Below the pieces are notes generated by a model. It made no database searches and was not told where the DNA came from. It saw nothing but the letters and a program-made list of their open reading frames with translations. The translations under genes and the position numbers were made by a program. Positions 36,450 to 46,751 of a DNA stretch of 64,000 bases are shown one piece after another. Position 1 is the stretch's first letter, and every line of letters starts with the position of its first letter. Source of the stretch: Candidatus Heimdallarchaeota archaeon (GTDB taxonomy: Archaea; Asgardarchaeota; Heimdallarchaeia; Heimdallarchaeales; Heimdallarchaeaceae); contig JAUVXV010000002.1 in NCBI GenBank assembly GCA_030603365.1, positions 352,001 to 416,000 of the forward strand, in the 5' to 3' direction.

Positions 36450-39071
36450 ATGTCCAAACAACCTTCTCCGCTGAAATGTGTCATTATTGATATTGATTTT
36501 TTTATTCAAGAGAAGGAAAAAGCAATTGAAGAACCAATTATAAGAATTCGTGGTAAAACACAAGAAAATCAGCTTATTATTACCCATGTTAGTGGTTTCT
36601 ATCCATATTTCTACATAGATGAATTACCTGAAACTACCAATGCTATTCAGAGCCTGCTTTACAAAGAAAAGGAATTTGGAGATTGGATTAAGGATCATTA
36701 TCCTTTAACAAAATACAAATATTATCAGCACAAACCCATGTATCTTTACAAGATACTAGGTCGTAATCCATGGAAGATTATGAGATATAGTAAAAAACTA
36801 AAGGAAATTGGCATAAGAAGCTATGAAAATGATATTTCATATGTTTCCAGGTTCCTGATTGATAATAATATTAATGGATTGAACTGGATAAAAATCTCTA
36901 ATTACAAAGAAAAAGATTCTGGGAGCGATAGTAGGATTATAGAGGTAAACTATAGTGATATTGAACCCATTGAAGATGAAGTTGATTTTCCTATTAACAT
37001 TCTTTCTTTAAGTTTAGTAATAAATTCTTATACAGAAGAAGGTAAGAAAATTAAGAATTTCTCTAGTATCTTACAAGAGAAAGAGAAACGAATAATTTCC
37101 GCGAGTATTACTTGGGGAAGTGATAGGCAGTACACTAAAACTAAAAGTTTCATACTAGAAAAAAATGACGATGAAAATGAGCGAAATCTTATCAGGAATT
37201 TAATCAATGAAATACATACAATTTCACCAGAAGTCGTTGTAACATTCAATGGAGATCGTGTTACGCTTCCCTATTTGATTTCACGAATGGAAAAATTAGG
37301 TATAGATCCAGAGTTGTTGGGTCCTTTTCAAGATGTAAGAATCAAGGAACCTATAGGTTATCTCGGTTACAGGATTCCAGGTTACATTGTTTATGATTTA
37401 GTTAAAAGCACAAGATGGTTAAGAACTAGAACTGGTAAAAAAAGTCTATCCGATTTCTCACAAGAACTACTGCAAATTGAGAGAGAAGGAGGATATGCTA
37501 AAGTAAATGAAGTTTGGTTTAAGGCTGTTATAAAACAGGAAAAAAACCTGAAAAAGAAGCTGATTGAGTTAAGTAATCTGGATGCAAAAATCGTGCATGA
37601 ATTATTTTTTGAAATGGGGATGGAAGAATGGCTAGAAGTTATAAAACTTGCTGGAATACGTCCTTCTGAAGGGATTTACTCTACTCCAAGACACATCGGG
37701 GAGTTTCAACTTTTCAGAGTTTTACATCATAAGAAAACTCTAATTCCCAGTGAACCTACAAGAGAGGAATTGGCCTTCCGAAAAAGCACTAGATCTATGG
37801 CAATTGGAGGATTTGTTCTTGTTCCTAAAGGAACACTTCACGAAGCTGTTCTTATTGCGGATTTCCGGTCTATGTTTCCTTCTATAATGGTGGCTTTCAA
37901 TGTAGGTGGTGAAGGATACAATGGTTCTGTAGCCCTACCAGAGAAGAAGTTTAAGAATGAACCAGATTCTGGTTTGAGAATCATGATGAAAGAGCTTCTA
38001 GAAGAGAGAAGGAAGATCAAAAAACAAATTTATGACTTAGAAACCTACCTTCGAACATTTGAAGATTCTAAGAAGAAAGCAGAATTAGGTATTAAATTAC
38101 ACAAACTTAAAACTAAGTCAAGTGCTCTGAAAGTTACTGCGAATTCACTGTATGGTAGTCACAATTATGTAGGTAGTCGTTTTTATGATACAGAAATTTC
38201 AAACGCAATTACAAGCATAGCAAAAGATTACATTAAGAAAATAGACAAATGGACACAAGAGTTCTCTGGTAATAGTTGTCAAGCGATTTATGGGGACACT
38301 GACAGTATCTTCATCAAATTATCAGACAAAGAAAAAGTCTTTGAGATTGCAGAAAAAGTAAAACAGAAAGAAGCTTTTTCTTTACAAGAAGTTCCTGAAG
38401 CTTTCGAGTTGTTAGCGTTTTTCGAGACAAAACTACCTAAGGAAATGGAATTAGAATTTGTTGACTTAGCTACAAGAATAGTCTTTGCACCAGAAACAAA
38501 AAAACGGTATAGTTACATAAGTGCAGTTACAGGCGAGTTAACAATAATTGGTTTTGAGGCGATTAGAAGTGACACTTCACCCTTTGCAAAAGAGGTTCAG
38601 ATTGAAGCTTTAAAATGTGTTTTAGAGGATGGGGATCTCGAAAAAGCTAGACAAAGAGTAATCGAATTAGGATTAGATTTCAAAAAGATAGCTGACCAAG
38701 AATTAATTGATAAAACGACTATTTTAGGTCCGATCAGAAGGAATCCTAAAGATTACAAATCAAAAACTTCAGCAATTGGAGCTTTGGAAGATTTTGCCAT
38801 TAGAATGGATTTGAATGTAGATGAAATCTGGAAAGAATATGAGCGATTTCCATTTGTAATCATGGAGGGAAGCTCTTCATTATATAAACGAGCAATGCAT
38901 CCTTCTTTAGCTGATCCTACTAAAATCGATAAAAACCACTACTTGGAAGAAGCAATCAGAGATGTCCAAAGAATAGGAGTTAAAGTAGAACTAAAAGACC
39001 TTCAATCTTCTAGTCAAAAAACTCTTGATTTCTCACTAACATCTGCAGATGATCAGAAAGAAAAGGATTAA
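36450..39071 (+). CDS. polB: Family B DNA polymerase, Pol delta/zeta-like N-terminus, degenerate 3'-5' exonuclease
   Basis: DFRSMFPSIM, KVTANSLYG, YGDTDSIF, KKRY, GFEAIRSD; PIP-like QKTLDF near the C-terminus. Confidence 0.9.
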   Translation: MSKQPSPLKCVIIDIDFFIQEKEKAIEEPIIRIRGKTQENQLIITHVSGFYPYFYIDELPETTNAIQSLLYKEKEFGDWIKDHYPLTKYKYYQHKPMYLYKILGRNPWKIMRYSKKLKEIGIRSYENDISYVSRFLIDNNINGLNWIKISNYKEKDSGSDSRIIEVNYSDIEPIEDEVDFPINILSLSLVINSYTEEGKKIKNFSSILQEKEKRIISASITWGSDRQYTKTKSFILEKNDDENERNLIRNLINEIHTISPEVVVTFNGDRVTLPYLISRMEKLGIDPELLGPFQDVRIKEPIGYLGYRIPGYIVYDLVKSTRWLRTRTGKKSLSDFSQELLQIEREGGYAKVNEVWFKAVIKQEKNLKKKLIELSNLDAKIVHELFFEMGMEEWLEVIKLAGIRPSEGIYSTPRHIGEFQLFRVLHHKKTLIPSEPTREELAFRKSTRSMAIGGFVLVPKGTLHEAVLIADFRSMFPSIMVAFNVGGEGYNGSVALPEKKFKNEPDSGLRIMMKELLEERRKIKKQIYDLETYLRTFEDSKKKAELGIKLHKLKTKSSALKVTANSLYGSHNYVGSRFYDTEISNAITSIAKDYIKKIDKWTQEFSGNSCQAIYGDTDSIFIKLSDKEKVFEIAEKVKQKEAFSLQEVPEAFELLAFFETKLPKEMELEFVDLATRIVFAPETKKRYSYISAVTGELTIIGFEAIRSDTSPFAKEVQIEALKCVLEDGDLEKARQRVIELGLDFKKIADQELIDKTTILGPIRRNPKDYKSKTSAIGALEDFAIRMDLNVDEIWKEYERFPFVIMEGSSSLYKRAMHPSLADPTKIDKNHYLEEAIRDVQRIGVKVELKDLQSSSQKTLDFSLTSADDQKEKD

Positions 39072-39076
39072 TCTTT

Positions 39077-39778
39077 CTATACATCGTCCATTTCTTCATA
39101 TAACAAGGAAAGTAAATCTTCAACTTTTTCTCGGGATTTTGAATCCTCTGATAATTTCTTAACTGAATTTAAAACAGAAAGGTTTGAGAATAAAACAATT
39201 AAATTCCAGAGTTTGTCATCTATTTCAAGACCATAATCTTCTTTCAAAGAATTCATAGATTCGTGAGCATGGTCAATCATATCCTTAACTACGGAAGTTA
39301 GAATTTCTATCTTAAACTCATTCACTTCCTTAAAGACTTTATCAGCCATTTTGCGAACAATTCTTTGTACTGGTCGTTCAGGTATCGGAACTCTTGATTG
39401 TAATTCAGTTAGTTCGACTTCGTCAAGAGGAGCCCATAATATTAGATTGATGGCATCTGGTTGATAGCTCGCACGATAGAATTTTATTGTCTTAGCCATA
39501 TTTTTGATACTCTCTTCTCTAACTACGAATATTAGTTTTGATTTTTCTAAAATCTGTAGATGATGATACACAGCTTGGGGAGTACTTTCAATCTTTGCAG
39601 CAATCTCAGAAAGGTTAAGCTCATTTTCTGAAAGATGCTTCAAAATAGCTAATCTTTTATTTGAACCTAATGCTTTAGTCACATTAACAGTTTCTCCTTT
39701 CTTAAGTTTGATAATATTCAAATCTTTAAATTCACCTTTATCAGAACCAGATTTTTTTGTCATTTGTGACTTAACCAT
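39077..39778 (-). CDS. ArsR-family HTH transcriptional regulator
   Basis: KALGSNKRLAILKHL...LSEIA...PQAVYHHLQILEKSKLI. Confidence 0.85.
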   Translation of the reverse strand: MVKSQMTKKSGSDKGEFKDLNIIKLKKGETVNVTKALGSNKRLAILKHLSENELNLSEIAAKIESTPQAVYHHLQILEKSKLIFVVREESIKNMAKTIKFYRASYQPDAINLILWAPLDEVELTELQSRVPIPERPVQRIVRKMADKVFKEVNEFKIEILTSVVKDMIDHAHESMNSLKEDYGLEIDDKLWNLIVLFSNLSVLNSVKKLSEDSKSREKVEDLLSLLYEEMDDV

Positions 39779-40027
39779 TTAAAAACGGCACTTCAGCCTT
39801 TTTTATCTTTTTGGTAGAAGTTATCCAACTGTGAGTAGCCAAAAAATGATTTTTCAACATATTGCAAAGAATATTTTCCAGTGGAAGCAACAAGGTTCTT
39901 CTTGGATATATCTCCTTCTTAAAAGAGTAAAAACAGGAATTTCTGCCTTACATCTTATTCTTCAATTATCGTCACATTTATAGTAGTATTAGAGAACATA
40001 ACTTGCACATCGGCTGATGAGGTATCC

Positions 40028-41053
40028 GTGATACATTTGATGTTGTTTGAAGCAGAACATTATGAAAAGAAAGAGGGAAATTTTGTTCACTGCCTTTTAT
40101 GTCCACGAAATTGTGTGATTCAATCTGGAAATCTGGGAAATTGTAAGGCTCGGAAGAATATAGATGGAACACTTTATGCATTAGGTTACAATCGGTTCAC
40201 ATCAGTTCATGATGATCCTATAGAGAAGAAACCTGTTTATCACTACAAACCTGGTTCAACCACAATGAGTTTTGGAACAGCTGGATGCAATCTTCATTGT
40301 GCTCATTGTCAAAATTGGAGTATAAGTCAAATTTCTGCAGAAAGTAATAATCTTATAACAATAACTCCTCAGAATGCAATTGAAATCACTGGAAAAAACA
40401 ATTGTGAGACAATTGCTTATACCTATAATGAACCTCTCATCAACTGGGAATGGATAAGAGATACAGGAAAGCTTGCTCATGAACATGGATATGGAAATAT
40501 TTTAGTCTCGAATGGTTTGATAAATAAGAAGCCTCTAGAGGAAATTATACCTATCATAGATGCAGTCAATATTGATATTAAAGCATTTACTGAAGACTTC
40601 TACAAAGAAGTTACAACTTTTCCAGGTTTGAAACACATAAAAAGAAACGTAATCAGAATGTGGGAAGAAGGGATTCATGTAGAACTTACTATGTTACTCA
40701 TTCCAACTTATAACGACAATCCTTCTGAGATTGAAGCTTTTTCGAAATGGGTATTGGAATCAATGAATTCAAAAGTTCCAGTACATTTCAGTAGATTCTA
40801 TCCACATTATAAAATGCAACATGTTCCTCCAACTCCCGTTGAAACGATTTTGAATGCTAGAAAAATTGCAGAAGCAGCTGGTTTGAAATATGTTTATACT
40901 GGAAATTTACCCTATTCTGAAATAAATACAACTTACTGTCAGAATTGTGAAGCGACTTTAGTTGAGCGTGTTCATTATAATGTTAAAATTCAAGAACTTG
41001 GAAAAGATGGTAACTGCAGAAAGTGTGGAGAACATTCTGACTTTCGACTTTAA
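40028..41053 (+). CDS. amrS: AmmeMemoRadiSam system radical SAM enzyme
   Basis: CLLCPRNC, DPIEKKPVYH, GCNLHCAHCQNWSISQ, YTYNEP, HFSRFYP, YVYTGN. Confidence 0.9.
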   Translation: MIHLMLFEAEHYEKKEGNFVHCLLCPRNCVIQSGNLGNCKARKNIDGTLYALGYNRFTSVHDDPIEKKPVYHYKPGSTTMSFGTAGCNLHCAHCQNWSISQISAESNNLITITPQNAIEITGKNNCETIAYTYNEPLINWEWIRDTGKLAHEHGYGNILVSNGLINKKPLEEIIPIIDAVNIDIKAFTEDFYKEVTTFPGLKHIKRNVIRMWEEGIHVELTMLLIPTYNDNPSEIEAFSKWVLESMNSKVPVHFSRFYPHYKMQHVPPTPVETILNARKIAEAAGLKYVYTGNLPYSEINTTYCQNCEATLVERVHYNVKIQELGKDGNCRKCGEHSDFRL

Positions 41054-41074
41054 GTTCATTCTTCAGTAATTCTA

Positions 41075-42520
41075 TTGTTAAACAATTATCCTTATATTCT
41101 CATAGAAAAAAAAAGAAAACGTATGTTAGACATATTAGAGAATGTTATCAACTCTGTAACTCTTACTCCTAAAGATTTTCTAGATATCCGTTATGCTTAT
41201 GCTATGGGGGAATCTTTAACTGTAAGAAATGGTCGATTTGATAGTATAAGTAATCAGACAACTGGAGGCGTAGCCATTAGAGCTTTGATAGACAATGCTT
41301 GGGGTTTCACAACAATAGTTAACACTGATAAGGAATCAATCCTAAAGGCAGCTAATAAAGCAATTAAGATGGCTAAAGCTGGATCAAAATACACTAAACA
41401 AGAAAGAACCATTGGAGACAAATGGGTGTATGAGGGAAGTGGAGCAACAAAACTAGAGATTGATCCAAGAGATATAGATAAAGAGACAAAATTCGAGAAA
41501 ATTGTTAAAACAGAACAAACTGCACGAGAATACTCGGATACAATTGCAGAAGCTTCTGCAACTTATCAGGAATCACATAGTAAAGAATTTGTCGTAAATA
41601 ATCGCGGAACAAAGGTTAGCAATAAAACTCATACAATCAGATTAATGAAAAATGTTGTAGGGAGAGAAGGCACGAAAATGCAAAATGTCTTTGATTCTAT
41701 TGGTGGTGTAGGTGGTTGGGAACTTATAGAGAATTGGAACCCCGAAGAAGAAGGGTTAAAATCAGCAGTATTAGTAGAAAAATTATTGTTAGCCAGAGAA
41801 CCACCATCTGGAAAAATGAATGTAATTATGGACCCTTCACTTACCGGTGTGTTTATCCATGAAGCATTTGGACATGCTTGTGAAGCAGATGGGATTATTG
41901 CAAAAAACTCTATTTTAGAAGGAAAAATAGACCAACGTGTAGGTGTTGAAGGCATTAATGTCTATGACGACCCCACCATTCCCCAATTACGAGGTACTTT
42001 TGAATATGATTCAGAAGGCACAAAAGCTCGAAAGAGAGTTTTAGTGGAAGACGGTATTCTCAAGGAGTACTTCCACACTCTAGAAACAGCAACAACTCTT
42101 GGTATGGAACCAAATGGTTCTGGTAGAGCAATGAATTTCAATGTCACTCCTCAAGCACGTATGGGAAACAGCTACGTTGATGATGGTGATATGAAACTTG
42201 AAGAAATTGCTGAAATGGCAAAAGATGGTGTATATCTAAAAGATTCATACGGTGGTTATGTTGTTCCAGCTAAAGGACAATTCTACTTTACATGCCAACT
42301 AGGATATTATATCGAAAACGGAGAGATTACAGATATGATGGGAAATGTTGGGATGTCGGGTATGACTCTTGAAGTGTTGCAAAATACTTTCGCAATTGGA
42401 GAAAAATGGGATGCTGCTTTTCAAGGGACCTGTGGTAAGGGAGGTCAATGGGTTCCAGTAACGGGTGGTGGTCCTAATCTGGGTGTTTCAGATTTAGTTG
42501 TAGGAGGTACTAAACAATGA
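41075..42520 (+). CDS. tldD: TldD metalloprotease subunit; probable start 41123
   Basis: HEAFGHACEAD, YDDPT, YDSEG, NGSGRA, RMGN, CGKGGQWVPV. Confidence 0.9.
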   Translation: MLNNYPYILIEKKRKRMLDILENVINSVTLTPKDFLDIRYAYAMGESLTVRNGRFDSISNQTTGGVAIRALIDNAWGFTTIVNTDKESILKAANKAIKMAKAGSKYTKQERTIGDKWVYEGSGATKLEIDPRDIDKETKFEKIVKTEQTAREYSDTIAEASATYQESHSKEFVVNNRGTKVSNKTHTIRLMKNVVGREGTKMQNVFDSIGGVGGWELIENWNPEEEGLKSAVLVEKLLLAREPPSGKMNVIMDPSLTGVFIHEAFGHACEADGIIAKNSILEGKIDQRVGVEGINVYDDPTIPQLRGTFEYDSEGTKARKRVLVEDGILKEYFHTLETATTLGMEPNGSGRAMNFNVTPQARMGNSYVDDGDMKLEEIAEMAKDGVYLKDSYGGYVVPAKGQFYFTCQLGYYIENGEITDMMGNVGMSGMTLEVLQNTFAIGEKWDAAFQGTCGKGGQWVPVTGGGPNLGVSDLVVGGTKQ

Positions 42521-43866
42521 CATCAAAAGAAGACTTACATGAATTAGCAGAATACATTGTAAAGCATGGATTATCACTAGGTGCTGATCAAGTTGAAGCA
42601 TATACATTATACGGCTCCGCAAAGAGTGTTCAAGTAGAACGAGGTTCTATCAGAAAGTTTACAGATGTCAGTAATTCAGGTTTAGGGATTCGAATAATTA
42701 AAGACAAGTCAATAGGAATGGCTTCCACAACAATTTTCACAACAGAAAGTATTGAAAATTGTGTCAAAAATGCTTATTCTCTAGCTAAAGTAAGTCCTCC
42801 TGACCCTAACTTTGATTCTCTTCCTTTTGATGACAAACCATCTCCAGAAATTCCAGGAAGACATGATCAAGCTATCATTGATTTAGATGTAGAAGAGTTT
42901 ACAGAACTTATACTACAATCTATTCAAGAGGCTCAAATTCACGAGAATGCTGTAATTGGAGGTAACTTTACAACAGGACATGGAGTACGATATATTGTTA
43001 ATTCTCTTGGTATAGACCGAACTTCATCACAGACATCTGTTAGTGGTTATCTTGGAGTGAAAATAGCAGAAGGTGAGGATATTGGTAACGCTTATTATTA
43101 CGATGCTGCAACTGCTCTCTCTAATTTCAAGCATCTAAAAATTGGCAATGTAGCTGGAGAAAGAGCTAAGAAAATGCTAGGGTCTAAGAAAATAGAGACA
43201 GCATCTTTACCTGTTCTTCTTGATCCTGATAGTACCTATGGTACTGTTGAACCAATTCTTTCTAATGGAATTAATGCTCTAAGTGTCTTTAATAGAACAG
43301 CGTTCTTCGTTGATAAAATCGGAGATTCAATAGCAAGTGAAAAGCTAAACATTACAGATGACCCCTTCTATCCTGGAGGAACTGATTCATCACCATTTGA
43401 TGATGAAGGTGTCGTTCCTAAGAAATTAAATTTGATAGAAAATGGAATGCTCCAAACTTATATTACTGATTCCTATACTGCACCTTTAGTAGGTTTAGAA
43501 AATACTGGACATGCATCAAGGGGATCATTTGCATCAAGACCTCGACCTGCTCCTTATACACTTAGCATTAAACCTGGAACAACCTCAAAAGATAGTCTAT
43601 TGTCTGATATGAAAGAAGGAGTATTGATGATAGCTTCTCCTTTACATTCAAGTGGTAATAATCCTCAAATCTCAGCACAAATCAATCAAGGTTTCCTTGT
43701 GAAGAATGGTGAGATACTGCATCCAATAAAGAATGCTGTTATTGGTTGTACTGTTTTTGATGTTTATCAAAAAATAGATGATTTAAGCAAGGAAACAGAA
43801 AATCGAAGTGGTCATGAAGCTCCTTGGATGTTACTAGAGGAACTTCAAGTAAGTGGAGGAAAATAA
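42517..43866 (+). CDS. pmbA: TldE/PmbA subunit
   Basis: Follows tldD with a 4-nt overlap; DDP, PFDDEG, NTGHA; lacks HExxH. Confidence 0.85.
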   Translation: MTSKEDLHELAEYIVKHGLSLGADQVEAYTLYGSAKSVQVERGSIRKFTDVSNSGLGIRIIKDKSIGMASTTIFTTESIENCVKNAYSLAKVSPPDPNFDSLPFDDKPSPEIPGRHDQAIIDLDVEEFTELILQSIQEAQIHENAVIGGNFTTGHGVRYIVNSLGIDRTSSQTSVSGYLGVKIAEGEDIGNAYYYDAATALSNFKHLKIGNVAGERAKKMLGSKKIETASLPVLLDPDSTYGTVEPILSNGINALSVFNRTAFFVDKIGDSIASEKLNITDDPFYPGGTDSSPFDDEGVVPKKLNLIENGMLQTYITDSYTAPLVGLENTGHASRGSFASRPRPAPYTLSIKPGTTSKDSLLSDMKEGVLMIASPLHSSGNNPQISAQINQGFLVKNGEILHPIKNAVIGCTVFDVYQKIDDLSKETENRSGHEAPWMLLEELQVSGGK

Positions 43867-43937
43867 TCCACTTTCCATTCTTTATTTTTCTAAAACACAT
43901 CAAAAGATTTATTGATATTGTATTATAACCAAATTTC

Positions 43938-44822
43938 ATGCCCAAAATCAGCTTAACTGCTATTGCTAACATACTCTCAATTGGGGTTAATGCATTACTT
44001 GTCATTTTAAAGCTGGTTATAGGATTTTTATTTAATTCAATAAGTCTAATCGCAGATGGTTTTGATTCTGTTCTTGATGTTGTCTCTGCAACTTTTGCAG
44101 GAGCTGGAGAAAGAATCAGTAGAAAACCACCAGATGAATCACATCCTTTTGGTCATCAGAAATACCAACTTATTTCAAGTTTAGTAATTGCTTTTACTAT
44201 GTTTGTTTCATCGTATTTTATAGCAGAAGAATCTATAAGCCGTTTAATTGTGGGTGAATCATATAATTTTGAGATTTTGGTACTTATTGCTGCAATTGTA
44301 TCACTTGTCACAAAACTAGGGATATCTCTAGTTCTTATGAAAATAGGTAAGAAAATTAAATCAACTATTTATATTGCTAATGCGAAAAATTATCGAACAG
44401 ATGCAATTTCCTCAGTTTTTGTAATTATTGCTTTTATTGGTGTAAGTTTTGATGTATGGTGGTTAGATCCTGTATGTGCATTTGTAATTGTAGCCTTAAT
44501 TCTCTTTACAGGATATGAAATCACAAAGATGTCTCTTCCAGAATTACTAGACAAAGGACCTACTCCAGAAATTATTGAAAAATTGAAATCAATAGCATTT
44601 TCATTTCCTGAGATTAAAGATGTTCATATAATCAGATTAAGATCTATTTTTGGTCAATATACAGGAGACTTTCATATCCTAGTGGATCCAGAATTAACTA
44701 TTTTTAGTGCTCATGAAGTTTCTGAAAAAGTTAAAGCAAAACTTGAATCTGAAGGTTCATTTAGAGATTTGTTAATACATATTGAACCTTTTACTCCTGA
44801 AGAGATTTTAGAAGATGGATAA
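43938..44822 (+). CDS. Cation diffusion facilitator (FieF-like) transporter
   Basis: SLIADGFDSVLD, PPDESHPFGH, RTDAISS, C-terminal IHIEP. Confidence 0.9.
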   Translation: MPKISLTAIANILSIGVNALLVILKLVIGFLFNSISLIADGFDSVLDVVSATFAGAGERISRKPPDESHPFGHQKYQLISSLVIAFTMFVSSYFIAEESISRLIVGESYNFEILVLIAAIVSLVTKLGISLVLMKIGKKIKSTIYIANAKNYRTDAISSVFVIIAFIGVSFDVWWLDPVCAFVIVALILFTGYEITKMSLPELLDKGPTPEIIEKLKSIAFSFPEIKDVHIIRLRSIFGQYTGDFHILVDPELTIFSAHEVSEKVKAKLESEGSFRDLLIHIEPFTPEEILEDG

Positions 44823-45311
44823 TTATTCTTCAGTTAAGGATCTATTTTTTCTTTTCCAAGCAGTTAAGATTAAACTAAGCTCTCCTCCATGGTGGTTCAA
44901 ATGCTGAATATATTCAAATAACCAATCTTCAACAGATATACTATATTCCTTGTAAGATCTTGCTTCATTTAATTGAACATCTGTAATTTTGCTTAATTTT
45001 TCTTCTGCTTCAGATACTAAATCATCATAACCTTCTATCAAATCATCTAGATTTAGTCCTTCAGGTTTTGCCTTAAGATGATAACCTTCTTCTTTATTGT
45101 TTAGAATTACATTTACTATCCACATTTGGTCATGTATTAGATGCTCTATTATCCATCCTGCTGAATATAATGAATCGTGAACTTTCCAAGTCAAAATATC
45201 TTCAGGTAGATGTGTTAAGAATTCACGAAATGCTTCATGCGATCGTTCTATCATCTCGAGATAAAATTGTGATTTTTGGTTTGAAGTCATAGTTGTTAAC
45301 CGAAAAGACAT
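44823..45311 (-). CDS. DinB/YfiT family protein
   Basis: SAGWIIEHL...QHLNHHGGEL. Confidence 0.75.
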   Translation of the reverse strand: MSFRLTTMTSNQKSQFYLEMIERSHEAFREFLTHLPEDILTWKVHDSLYSAGWIIEHLIHDQMWIVNVILNNKEEGYHLKAKPEGLNLDDLIEGYDDLVSEAEEKLSKITDVQLNEARSYKEYSISVEDWLFEYIQHLNHHGGELSLILTAWKRKNRSLTEE

Positions 45312-45395
45312 CTTCTATTTAAGATATATTATGTGTAAAAATTTCTTTGTTTTCTGCTGAAAGATTTTTATTTATCATATTCCACATAATGTTGG

Positions 45396-46751
45396 ATGAA
45401 AAGTCTGAGCATAAATACTGATATTCTTATTGTAGGTGCTGGCCCTGCAGGAGTTAGTTTAGCTATTAATCTTGGAAAGAGAGATATATCAGCAATTGTT
45501 GTTGATCAAAAGATTAAGGAAAATATAGGTTACAAACCTTGTGGGGATGCATTATCACCAAATTCTACAAGAAGACTCTATGAATATTCTGGAATAAAAC
45601 AACCATATGATAATGAAATTTCTGAAAACTTAGAAACAGCTCATTTTCGTCCTGTCAGCGATTTCGAGTTATCCCTTGAATTCAAGTCACAAACAGTTGA
45701 TCGCTTGAAATATGGACAACGGCTTTTAGAATCTCTTGAAGATTATTCATCGTTAGAAGTTAAAACTGAACATAAAGTTGTTGGCACAATAATCAACAAA
45801 AATCAAGTTGTTGGATGTAAGGTTAGACAAAAAAATGGTAAACTAATCGATATTTATGCAAAAATAGTCGTTGATTGTTCTGGTGTGACAGGAATTGTTC
45901 GAAGAGGAATCCCTGATTCAACATGTGATAAATTCCCAAAAGTATTGAAGAAAACAGAAACGATTGTCTCTTACAGAGAGATTATAGAAACACCTAACGC
46001 TCATAATTATCAAAAACAAATGAGAATTGAATATCACGATGAGATGCCACCTCCAGGATATTTCTGGATTTTTTCCAAAGGAGAAAAACAGCTGAATGTA
46101 GGAGTAGGATGGTTACTCAGCGATAGGAACAAAAATGAAAATGTCAAGAAAATTCATGAAACCATTAGAAAGAAGATTTTCCCAGATGCTAAAGTAGTGG
46201 ATCGAGCAGGAGACACCCTATCTGGCAGATTACCACTATATTCAATGGTTTGTGATGGTTTTTTAACCTGTGGAGATGCTGCTACACTTGTTAATCCAAT
46301 TAGTGGTGAAGGCCATGGTCCAGCCTTATTAAGTGCATATTATGCTTCTGAGGTATTAGAAAAAGCAATTAGAAATGAAGATTATAGCGAAAAAGCTCTT
46401 TGGGACTACAATGTTAAAATATGGCATGAGTATGGTTACGATGGGGGCTTGGGGATAGCAGTTCATAAGCTTCTAAATGCAGTACCCTTCAGTGATTTTT
46501 CATTTTTATTTGAGAAAGGTATTATTTCACAAGATGATGTAGATGCTATAATGGGTTCTTACTCAGTCAAATTACCTATCTTTCAAAAGATATTGAAAGG
46601 ATTAAGAAAACCTAAATTACTTCTAAAAGTAGCAAAAGGATTGTTACTTGCTGAGAGAATCAAGAAATTATCCATGAAATATCCTCCAAATCCAAAGCGA
46701 TTTACCAAATGGAAAGAAAAAATCAAAAAGATGGAAAAGAAAAAAATCTAA
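45396..46751 (+). CDS. Geranylgeranyl reductase family flavoprotein
   Basis: VGAGPAG, KPCGD, GYFWIF, NVGVG, GDAATLVNPISGEG. Confidence 0.85.
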   Translation: MKSLSINTDILIVGAGPAGVSLAINLGKRDISAIVVDQKIKENIGYKPCGDALSPNSTRRLYEYSGIKQPYDNEISENLETAHFRPVSDFELSLEFKSQTVDRLKYGQRLLESLEDYSSLEVKTEHKVVGTIINKNQVVGCKVRQKNGKLIDIYAKIVVDCSGVTGIVRRGIPDSTCDKFPKVLKKTETIVSYREIIETPNAHNYQKQMRIEYHDEMPPPGYFWIFSKGEKQLNVGVGWLLSDRNKNENVKKIHETIRKKIFPDAKVVDRAGDTLSGRLPLYSMVCDGFLTCGDAATLVNPISGEGHGPALLSAYYASEVLEKAIRNEDYSEKALWDYNVKIWHEYGYDGGLGIAVHKLLNAVPFSDFSFLFEKGIISQDDVDAIMGSYSVKLPIFQKILKGLRKPKLLLKVAKGLLLAERIKKLSMKYPPNPKRFTKWKEKIKKMEKKKI

